Of a stretch of 64,000 bases of DNA, positions 38,689-47,395 are shown one piece after another. The stretch covers positions 5,985 to 69,984 of the forward strand of contig JANMON010000117.1 of the NCBI GenBank assembly GCA_031369265.1, in the 5' to 3' direction. A program made the translations under genes and the position numbers. Position 1 is the stretch's first letter. Each line of letters opens with the position of its first letter. This DNA comes from Gemmatimonadaceae bacterium. GTDB lineage: Bacteria; Gemmatimonadota; Gemmatimonadetes; Gemmatimonadales; Gemmatimonadaceae. Below the pieces are notes generated by a model. It had not been told where the DNA came from. It made no database searches and saw nothing but the letters and a program-made list of their open reading frames with translations.

Positions 38689-39600
38689 GTGTCCGTTCCT
38701 GCACTGCCGCCCCTGCCGCCCCGCTCCGCGACCGAGATCGTCGATGGGGCGGTGCAACTGATCCGGCCGGAGTTCGGCTACTTCCTGCGCATCGCGGCCG
38801 TGGGCGCGATCCCGGCGCTGATCCAGGCCGTGATCACGCTGGTGGTGTTTCCCGCCACGCCGCTCGATCCAGCTGCGATGCTGCGGCGCGAGTACACCAT
38901 GCTGCCACTGACGCTGCTGACGTACGCCTTCGCCACCATGCAGTCGGGCGCGATCATCGGCGGGGCGCTGGCGCTGCTGCGCGGCGACGTGCTGCCCACC
39001 GTGTGGGACGCGTTCATGATGGCCTTCCGGCGCATCTTTGCCCTCCTCGGTGCCAACCTGCTGCTGGTGGCGGTGATGGTGCTCACACTGCTGCCTATCG
39101 TGCTGGTGCTGGCGTTCGCGGTCGCGGCTGGCGGCAGTTCGCTGCTGACCAACCTCGCCAAGGCGGGCAACGCATCGACGGTCGTCGCGGCGGTGATCGC
39201 GTTGCTGGTTTTGGTCCTGATCGCGGTGATCTTCCTCACCGTCTTCGCGCGCTCGGCAATCATGACGTCGCTGGTGATCGCGGAGGGGCTCGGCCCGATC
39301 CAGGCCCTGCGACGCGCACACTTTCTCTCCGCCGGCAGCTACATCCGGCTGGCGAAGACGTATGGCCTGGTGCTGGTGATCGTGATGGTGGTGTACGTCG
39401 TGCTCGGCATGGTGGCCCTCGCCTTCCGCGATCAGCAGCAGCTGGTGCAGGCGATGCTGAGCGTGCTGATCATCCCCGTCGTGCCGATCCTCGGCAGCAT
39501 CATGCTGCTGACCTACGCCGACCTCCGCGTCCGACGCGAAGGCGCCGACCTCGATGCCGCGCTGGATGCGCTGCCCGGCCAGGTCTTCACGCCAGGATGA
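38689..39600 (+). CDS. polytopic membrane protein of unknown function; first gene of the MoxR module
   Basis: GTG start. Six or so hydrophobic helices; C-terminal YADLRVRREGADLD motif. Its stop overlaps the next start (ATGA at 39597-39600). Confidence 0.65.
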   Translation: MSVPALPPLPPRSATEIVDGAVQLIRPEFGYFLRIAAVGAIPALIQAVITLVVFPATPLDPAAMLRREYTMLPLTLLTYAFATMQSGAIIGGALALLRGDVLPTVWDAFMMAFRRIFALLGANLLLVAVMVLTLLPIVLVLAFAVAAGGSSLLTNLAKAGNASTVVAAVIALLVLVLIAVIFLTVFARSAIMTSLVIAEGLGPIQALRRAHFLSAGSYIRLAKTYGLVLVIVMVVYVVLGMVALAFRDQQQLVQAMLSVLIIPVVPILGSIMLLTYADLRVRREGADLDAALDALPGQVFTPG

Positions 39601-40229
39601 TGCTCGCGTTGCTGCAGTCGCTGCCGCCGGTCACACCGGCGGCGGTCCGCGACACGATCTCCCGGATCGTGCTCGAGCAGGGCTACTACCGGAGCGTCAC
39701 GTCCACGCTGCTGTCGCGCGCCTGGGAGTGGTTCACGCGGACGCTGCGCGACCTGTTCCAGCAGGCCGCCGGCAGTCGCGGCACGTACCTGATCTCGCTC
39801 TCGCTGATTGCGCTGGTGATCATCGTCAGCATTGCGCGGAGCGTGATCGTGGCGCGCGCGCGACGGCAGGCGGTCGCACGACGTGCGGTGGAGGTCAGCG
39901 CCGACGACCTGCTGGCGCAGGCGCGCGGCCTGGCGGCGCAGGGGGCGTATGTGGACGCGGCGCACCTGCTGCACGCGGCGCTGGTGGCGCGCCTGGCGGA
40001 AGGCAAACGGGTGCGCCCGCATCCATCGAAGACCGTGGGTGACTATGCGCGCGAGCTCCGCATGACGAACGACGGCGCATTCGCGGCCTATCGTGCCTTC
40101 GCGCACACCTACGAGATCGTGGCGTACGGCGACGGACTCTGCGACGCGGTGCGCTTCGCCCGCCTCGAGCAGCTGGCCGCACCGGTGATGCAGCGGCCCG
40201 TCGGTGGCGCGTCCGCACGCGCGGCCTGA
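39597..40229 (+). CDS. DUF4129-like membrane-anchored protein
   Basis: In the frame of ORF 39003..40229 from ATG 39597 (MMLALLQSLPP). One TM (YLISLSLIALVIIVSIA), then AQARGLAAQGAYVDAAHLLHAALVARL..TVGDYAREL..YEIVAYGDG, typical of DUF4129. Confidence 0.6.
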   Translation: MMLALLQSLPPVTPAAVRDTISRIVLEQGYYRSVTSTLLSRAWEWFTRTLRDLFQQAAGSRGTYLISLSLIALVIIVSIARSVIVARARRQAVARRAVEVSADDLLAQARGLAAQGAYVDAAHLLHAALVARLAEGKRVRPHPSKTVGDYARELRMTNDGAFAAYRAFAHTYEIVAYGDGLCDAVRFARLEQLAAPVMQRPVGGASARAA

Positions 40230-41638
40230 TGGCACCGGTCCCGATCGACCTTACCAACGGTGTGGACGACGCCGTGGCACGGCGTCGGGCCCGCCGCGCG
40301 ACGCTCATCACCGTCGCCGCTCTCGCCTTCCTGCTGGTGCTGATCGTGCTGCTGACACCCGTCAAGGACGATGACGGTGACGACCGGCTGACCACACTCC
40401 GTTTCGGTGCCGGCAATGCGCGGCTGGCGTCGGACCTGGCGCACCGACTCGGCTGGCCCGTGAGCAACCGGTCGTCGCCCTTGCGCGGGACCCTCGACAC
40501 GTCGGTCATCTACGCCGTCTTCGACGGCCCGCGGCCGATGTCGCTGGCCGACCGCAACGCGATCCTGCAGGCGGTGCGGCGCGGTGCGGGCCTGCTGATC
40601 GCGCCGCAGGCAGGGACACCCTTCGCGCTGTTCGACTCGCTGGGATTGCATCCGGGAAAGCCTGGCCTGGTGACACCGCAGCCGCTGGGTGATTGCCCTG
40701 CCGAAACCGATCCGCTGTCGTCGCTGCGCGTCCGCACCCGGATGGTGACCTTCCATACCGTGCCACCTCGCGGCGAGGCGTGGCGAGTGCCGTATCCCGC
40801 TGGCGCACGCTCCCTCCTGTCGAGCGACGTGCGCGGCGTTCCCAGCCTGTCGGGCGACGATGACGCGGATCAGGCCACGGGAACCGTGCCCACTGTCGGA
40901 CCGGCAGCGACGCGGGACACGACCACGAACGCACCACGCGACGATTCGACCGTGAAGACCCGCACGCTGCGCGCCACGCCGATCACGAAGGCGCTGGTGG
41001 AACTCCGTCCGACGATGGTCGCCTTCCCACTCGGCACGGGTCGCGTGGTGGCCCTGGCCGATCCCGACGTGCTGCGCACCGACCAGATGCGCAACTGTGC
41101 GATGGGCGGTGCGCTGAGTGTGGTACGTGCCCTCGAGTACCTGAGCGACGGTCGCCGCCGTCCGGTGGTGTTCGCCGAGTATTACCAGGTCGTGAGCACG
41201 GATGGGCCGGGTGTCGTGCTGCGCGAGTGGCTGGTGGGCACGGGGCTGGGGCGCACGGTGCTGACGTTGTTCGCGGCGGCCCTGGTGCTGCTCGCGGCGC
41301 GCGGCCGTCGCACGCTGGCACCGGTCTACCGTCAGCGCGAGGAACGCCGCTCGGCGCTGGAACATGTGGATGCGCTGGCGACGGCATGGCAGACCGTGCG
41401 CGGCACGCGCACCGTGGCGCGGTTGCTGGCGCGCGGCATCCGTCGCCGGCACGCGGCGGGACGCTGGCGTTCCCTCGACGACACGGCGTTCCTGACGGCT
41501 TTGGCCGAGCGTCACCCCGCCATCGCCGACGACGTGACGCGGTTGACGCGCGCGATCGAAAGCACACCGTCGCCGTCCGACCTTCCTGCGCTGCGACAGG
41601 CTGCCGCGCACATTGATGCGGAGTGCCTGACTCCGTGA
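40229..41638 (+). CDS. DUF4350-like membrane-anchored protein
   Basis: TGATG overlap with the upstream gene. N-terminal TM (LITVAALAFLLVLIVLLTP), large extracytoplasmic domain. Family call rests on architecture and neighbourhood. Confidence 0.5.
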   Translation: MAPVPIDLTNGVDDAVARRRARRATLITVAALAFLLVLIVLLTPVKDDDGDDRLTTLRFGAGNARLASDLAHRLGWPVSNRSSPLRGTLDTSVIYAVFDGPRPMSLADRNAILQAVRRGAGLLIAPQAGTPFALFDSLGLHPGKPGLVTPQPLGDCPAETDPLSSLRVRTRMVTFHTVPPRGEAWRVPYPAGARSLLSSDVRGVPSLSGDDDADQATGTVPTVGPAATRDTTTNAPRDDSTVKTRTLRATPITKALVELRPTMVAFPLGTGRVVALADPDVLRTDQMRNCAMGGALSVVRALEYLSDGRRRPVVFAEYYQVVSTDGPGVVLREWLVGTGLGRTVLTLFAAALVLLAARGRRTLAPVYRQREERRSALEHVDALATAWQTVRGTRTVARLLARGIRRRHAAGRWRSLDDTAFLTALAERHPAIADDVTRLTRAIESTPSPSDLPALRQAAAHIDAECLTP

Positions 41639-41657
41639 CTGCATTCTCCCCACCGAC

Positions 41658-42623
<966 letters not shown>

Positions 42624-42627
42624 GCGC

Positions 42628-43977
42628 GTGATCAAACGGCTGGCCGCCTCCGTCCTGCGCTACGTCCCGACGGCGCGCCTCGCGTCGTGGCTCGCGTGCG
42701 CAGCATTGGCGTGGCTGTTGCCGCTGCCCTCGCCGTGGTCCCTGCTGCTCGGCTTCGGTGCGATCGGCGTCGTGTTGTCGCTGGCGGCGTGGGACCTGTT
42801 GCAATTGCCGCCGCGCTCCGCCCTCGAGCTCACACGCACGGCACCGAACGACCTCGGCTCCGGCGACGATGCCGTGATCGGATATGCGATAAGCTCCGCG
42901 TGGGGACGAACGGTGCGCGTGCAACTGGCCGATCGCGGGCAACCCGCACTGGGTGGCGACGGCGTCGCCACGCACGAGCTGACGTTGCCCGCCTTCGGCA
43001 CCGTGAGCACGCAGACACCGATTCGCGGATTGCGCCGTGGACCGGCCGCACTCGATCGCGCCGCGGTGCGGGTGCACGGGACGATCGGGCTGGTGGACGT
43101 GATTCATCACTTCGACCTCGGTGGCGAGGTGGATGTGGTGCCGTCGCTGTCGCAGGTGCGACGATTCCGGCTGCTGGCGGTGCAGCGGCGCCTGCGTGAT
43201 GCCGGTGTGCGACAGATTCGCCGACGCGGTGGTGGCATGAGCTTCGATGCGCTGCGCGTGTATGTGCCGGGCGACGATCCACGCCACATCGACTGGAAGG
43301 CCAGTGGGCGTCGCGGCACCGCGCAGGTGCGCCAGTACACCGTGGAGCAGGGTCAGACGGTGATCCTGGCGCTCGACGCCGGTCGCCTGATGACGCAGAT
43401 GGCGGGCGACCGCTCGCGCTTCGAGTACGCGATCAACTCCTGCCTGGTGCTGGCCGACGTGGCGCTGCAGGGCAAGGACAAGATCGGCCTGCTGGTCTTC
43501 GACGACCAGATCCGCGGCTGGGTACCGCCGTCCAGCGGCACCGCGGCGATGCGCGCGATCCGCAGCACGCTGGCGCGATGCGAGGCGCGGCTGGCCGAGC
43601 CGGATTACGCGCTGGCGTTCCGCACCCTGGCGCAGAAGCAGCGCTCCCGCGCGCTGGTCATCTGCCTCAGCGACGTGATCGACGTGCGCGCCAGCCGCGC
43701 GGTGGTGACCCACACGCGGCATGCGGCGCTGCGACACATCACGGTGTTCCTCGCGCTGCGGAACGATGAACTGGTGGCCGCGGCTCAACCGGCAGTCGGC
43801 GGCAGCGAGGCCGGTGCCTGGCGCGGCGCGGCGGCGGAATCACTGCTCGATGCGCGTTCCGAGGCGCTGGTGCGCATGCGGCGCTCGGGCGTGCAGGTGC
43901 TGGACGTGCCACCGCAGGCGATGAGCGCGGCGCTGGTGAATCGCTACCTGTCGATCAAGGCACGCGGGGAGTTGTAA
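42628..43977 (+). CDS. DUF58 (vWA-like) protein, the usual MoxR partner
   Basis: GTG start. Two N-terminal TM helices, LRVYVPGDDPRHIDWKASGR (DUF58 signature), ILALDAGRLM, GLLVFDD. Confidence 0.9.
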   Translation: MIKRLAASVLRYVPTARLASWLACAALAWLLPLPSPWSLLLGFGAIGVVLSLAAWDLLQLPPRSALELTRTAPNDLGSGDDAVIGYAISSAWGRTVRVQLADRGQPALGGDGVATHELTLPAFGTVSTQTPIRGLRRGPAALDRAAVRVHGTIGLVDVIHHFDLGGEVDVVPSLSQVRRFRLLAVQRRLRDAGVRQIRRRGGGMSFDALRVYVPGDDPRHIDWKASGRRGTAQVRQYTVEQGQTVILALDAGRLMTQMAGDRSRFEYAINSCLVLADVALQGKDKIGLLVFDDQIRGWVPPSSGTAAMRAIRSTLARCEARLAEPDYALAFRTLAQKQRSRALVICLSDVIDVRASRAVVTHTRHAALRHITVFLALRNDELVAAAQPAVGGSEAGAWRGAAAESLLDARSEALVRMRRSGVQVLDVPPQAMSAALVNRYLSIKARGEL

Positions 43978-45772
43978 CCGGCACCACCGCATCGGCGGCG
44001 GGCTCCCGGCCGAGCGAGAGGTACCACGCCATCCAGATCGCGGTGAGCACCCCGGTGGCGTACTTGGCGCTGTCGGGCAGCTTCGACGGCGAGATGTTGC
44101 CCTCGATCAGGCCGGCGAGGATCAGGAACAGCACCACACACGCCACCAGGTGCAGTGCGCGCAGCCCATTGGCCGTCAGCGCCTCACGTCGCGTACGATC
44201 GCCCGGCACCAGGATGGCGGTCGCGATGAGCAATCCGGCCGCACCCGCGATGCAGATCGCACTCAGTTCCAGCACCCCATGCGCGGCCACGAAGCCGAGG
44301 ATCTGTCGCCCGATGCCGCGGGTGATGTAGAGCCCCACGCCGGCACCGAGTGCCGCGATGCCGTTGAACACCAGCGCGTACACGGTCAGCAGCCCACCGG
44401 TGATGCCACCGGCGAAGGCCAGCAGCGCCACCTTGATGTTGTTCGTCATCAGGAAGGCCGACAGCGCCGACCCGCGCTCGTCCTCGCCGTTGGGCAGGTA
44501 GTCGGCGCCGGTCTGCCCGCGCTGCTGCCCTTCCTCGGCGCGTGCGATCATGCCCGCGGGCAGCATGCGGGTGGCGAGCGCCGGTTCGCGCACGATGGCC
44601 ACGATGGTGCCGATCGCTGGGACGAACAGCAACGCGCCGGCGACGAGCACGTGCCGCCAACTGCGCCGGATCTCGCGCGGCACGTCGAAGGCCATGAAAT
44701 GCGCCACGCGGGCGATGCCCTGCGTGGGGCGGCGGTAGAGCAGGTTGTGCCCTGCGGAGACCAGGCGCGAGAGCGTGAACACCGCGTCACCGCCGCGACC
44801 ACGATCGGCCGTGCGCAGGCGAGCCAGGTCGGTGGCCACCTCGCGGTACGACTCGACGAAGGTGGTGACCTCGTCCTCGCCGAGCGTCCCGAGACCGCGC
44901 CGACGCACGCTGGTGAGTTCGGCGGCGAATGCATCCCATCGCGGACGCCCCTCGGCCACCACGGCCCATTCCTCACGTCGCGTACCGGTGGCGCTGCTGG
45001 TGGGCCGGTGGCTGCGCCGTGCCTGCACTTCGCGCTGGTGCAGCACGCGCAGCGCGGCCACGGCATCGGTGCGCACCTCGGCAGCAAGGCGGGCCACGAG
45101 GGCGGCGGCGATGCGCGTGCGTGACGCGTCATCCAGCGTCGCCTCGCGCGCGACGAAGCGATCGAGCAGGGCGAAGCGTTCGTCATCGAGAGTGGCGACG
45201 AGCGCCTCGCCGTCGGGATCCATGACGCTGGCCGCAGCGCTCGCGCGCTGATGCCGCAGCAGCCGCTCGCGCACCACGATGGTGCCGGCCACCAGGTCAC
45301 CGAGGCGCTGATTGCGCTGGTTGGCGACGATCGCGATCATGCCGACGAAGTAACCCAGCGGCAGGAAGTCGACCACGCGGATGACGTTGCGTGCGGCGCT
45401 GGCGCCGATGTCCACTCCCCCGCCGCCGTTGCGCACCACGCGCAGGCCAAGCAGTCGCTTGCCCGGCGTCTGGCCATCCCAGATCGCCTCGAAGGCGACG
45501 AAATAGCCCCAGATCAGCAGGAACTGCCCGATGATGATCACGGCCGTGAGCCAGCCGCCGCCGAAGTCGCGCAGGCCCGGCATCAGCTTCGGCAGCGACG
45601 AGGCGCCGTACCACAGCGTGCCGATGAGCACGAAGATCAGCGCGAGGTCGATCAGTGCCGCCGCGCCGCGCGTGCCGATGCCGGCCAGCGTGTACGAGAC
45701 GACCACCTGTTCCGGGGTCTCGACATCGAGCGTCGCATCGAGCGACGGGCGCACGCGCGTGGGAGCGGTCAT
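43955..45772 (-). CDS. fusion of an RDD-family membrane domain with a SpoIIM-like (DUF95) membrane domain
   Basis: N-terminal GTRGAAALIDLALIFVL..GQTPGKRLLGLRVV..RLGDLVAGTIVV (RDD). C-terminal FLMTNNIKVALLAFAGGITGG..AAHGVLELSAICIAGAAG (SpoIIM-like). The 3' end overlaps the DUF58 gene by 23 nt. Confidence 0.85.
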   Translation of the reverse strand: MTAPTRVRPSLDATLDVETPEQVVVSYTLAGIGTRGAAALIDLALIFVLIGTLWYGASSLPKLMPGLRDFGGGWLTAVIIIGQFLLIWGYFVAFEAIWDGQTPGKRLLGLRVVRNGGGGVDIGASAARNVIRVVDFLPLGYFVGMIAIVANQRNQRLGDLVAGTIVVRERLLRHQRASAAASVMDPDGEALVATLDDERFALLDRFVAREATLDDASRTRIAAALVARLAAEVRTDAVAALRVLHQREVQARRSHRPTSSATGTRREEWAVVAEGRPRWDAFAAELTSVRRRGLGTLGEDEVTTFVESYREVATDLARLRTADRGRGGDAVFTLSRLVSAGHNLLYRRPTQGIARVAHFMAFDVPREIRRSWRHVLVAGALLFVPAIGTIVAIVREPALATRMLPAGMIARAEEGQQRGQTGADYLPNGEDERGSALSAFLMTNNIKVALLAFAGGITGGLLTVYALVFNGIAALGAGVGLYITRGIGRQILGFVAAHGVLELSAICIAGAAGLLIATAILVPGDRTRREALTANGLRALHLVACVVLFLILAGLIEGNISPSKLPDSAKYATGVLTAIWMAWYLSLGREPAADAVVPVTTPRVP

Positions 45773-45825
45773 GCGTGGAGTCTAGCCGGTGGTGCCACCG
45801 GTTCGCGCGCGGGCGGGAACGTGAC

Positions 45826-45858
45826 GCGGGGCGCCGACGGAACCCGTCGGCGCCCCGC
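45826..45858 (-). terminator. 15-bp perfect GC-rich hairpin downstream of the HU gene
   Basis: GCGGGGCGCCGACGG-aac-CCGTCGGCGCCCCGC, 27 nt after the HU stop; no clear U-tract. Confidence 0.5.
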
Positions 45859-45884
45859 GCTCACGTCACACCGCCAGCAGCTGC

Positions 45885-46259
45885 CTACTTCTTCTTCGCG
45901 GCGGCCTTCTTGCCCGACTTCTTCGCGGTGGCCTTCTTGACGCTCTTCTTGGCGGCCTTCTTGGCGGTGGCCTTGCCGTTCACGAACGCCTTCAGGCTGG
46001 CGCCGGCCTTGAACTTCGGGGCCTTCGACGCGGCGATCTTCACCTTCTCGCCCGTCTGCGGATTGCGGCCCACGCGGGCGTTGCGCTTGCCGACGCTGAA
46101 GGTGCCGAAGCCGGTGATGCCCATCTTCTCGCCCTTCTTCAGCGCCTTGGCGATCACGCCCTCGCTGGCGTCGAACAGCTCCTTCATGACGGCGTTGGCG
46201 TGCTTCTTCGAGAGGCCGACATTGTCGACCAGCGCATTCACGATGGCGATTCTGCTCAT
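45885..46259 (-). CDS. hup: HU-family nucleoid protein with a Lys/Ala-rich C-terminal tail
   Basis: ORF 45885..46316; ATG 46259 is preceded by GGAG. GFGTFSVGKRNARVGRNPQTGEKVKI (HU arm), then a tail ATAKKAAKKSVKKATAKKSGKKAAAKKK. Confidence 0.9.
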   Translation of the reverse strand: MSRIAIVNALVDNVGLSKKHANAVMKELFDASEGVIAKALKKGEKMGITGFGTFSVGKRNARVGRNPQTGEKVKIAASKAPKFKAGASLKAFVNGKATAKKAAKKSVKKATAKKSGKKAAAKKK

Positions 46260-46353
46260 AGCTGCATTCTCCAATTGACGGTGTACACACGTGATTCCGC
46301 GCCAGCGGCGCACCAAGAAGCTGGCAACGACTCACAATTTCTGCAAGCGGGGC

Positions 46354-46422
46354 AAGGGTTTTCCGGCATTCCGCGCCATGGGGTGGCCCGCGCACCGTGC
46401 GGCGCCGGCGAGGAAAACCCTT
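46354..46422. repeat. 11-bp perfect inverted repeat AAGGGTTTTCC-N47-GGAAAACCCTT in the hup/SIMPL divergent region
   Basis: Read directly: arms at 46354-46364 and 46412-46422, with a GC-rich 47-nt interior. Confidence 0.4.
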
Positions 46423-46596
46423 ACGGGCGCTAGGCTGGAGCCGAAACACGACGAGGCGCCGGACCGGTGCTCGCGTGGCACGACGCGTCCGGGCGCGGGG
46501 TATCTTGGCGCTGTGCATCCGCGGTCGGCTGGCGCATCTCCCTGCCGGTGCCCGGGTCCGGAGCACCATACGAATCCCTTTCTGGAGCTGGAATCC

Positions 46597-47340
46597 ATGC
46601 CCACTATCCGTCCGTCGTTCCCGCTCGCATCGCTGCTGCTCGGCGCACTTCTCGTCGCCCCACTGGGGGCGCAGACGATGATGGCACCGCCGGCGCCGCC
46701 AGTGATCGAGGTGACCGGTGCCGGCGAGTCGAAGGCCATCCCGGATCGTGCGCTGGTGTACGTCGGTGTGCAGACCAAGGGTCGCACCGCCGCCATCGCC
46801 GGCCAGGAGAACGCCAAGCTGGCCAACGCCATCCTGCAGGCGGTGCGCACGGCGGGCATCGCCCGCGAGCAGATCGGCACCATGAACTACTCGGTGCAGC
46901 CCAGCTACCGGTACTATCCCGACGGGCGGAAGCCGGAGTTGACGGGCTACGACGCCACCAACACCGTGCGCGTCGAGGTGCGATCGCTGGAGCTGGTGGG
47001 CAAGGTGATCGATGCCGCGCTGGGCGCCGGTGCCAACAACGTCAACGGGATCTCGTTCTTCACCGCGCAGCTGGATTCGGTACGGCGTCAGGCGATGGCG
47101 GCGGCGACGGTGGACGCTCGCCTGAGCGCCGAGGTGATGGCGCGGGCGGCGGGCGGCTCACTGGGGCCGCTGCTGTCGCTCACCACGCAGATGAACGACG
47201 GCCCGCGCCCGTACGTGATGCAGGCGATGGCGATGCGCGGCAAGGCGGCCGACGAGGAGACGCCGGTGGTGGCGCCGACGGAGCAGACGGTGAACGCCTC
47301 GGTGGTGGGTCGCTGGCAGTTCATCCCCGCCCCGCGCTGA
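46597..47340 (+). CDS. SIMPL/DUF541 periplasmic protein
   Basis: ORF 46291..47340; ATG 46597 gives a signal peptide. IEVTGAGESKAIPDRALVYVGV, YSVQPSY, VRVEVRSLELVGKVIDAAL. Confidence 0.8.
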   Translation: MPTIRPSFPLASLLLGALLVAPLGAQTMMAPPAPPVIEVTGAGESKAIPDRALVYVGVQTKGRTAAIAGQENAKLANAILQAVRTAGIAREQIGTMNYSVQPSYRYYPDGRKPELTGYDATNTVRVEVRSLELVGKVIDAALGAGANNVNGISFFTAQLDSVRRQAMAAATVDARLSAEVMARAAGGSLGPLLSLTTQMNDGPRPYVMQAMAMRGKAADEETPVVAPTEQTVNASVVGRWQFIPAPR

Positions 47341-47395
47341 ACCAAACGCGGGTCGGCCGGCCATGCCGCGGCTGACCCGCCCTTACATTCGCGGC

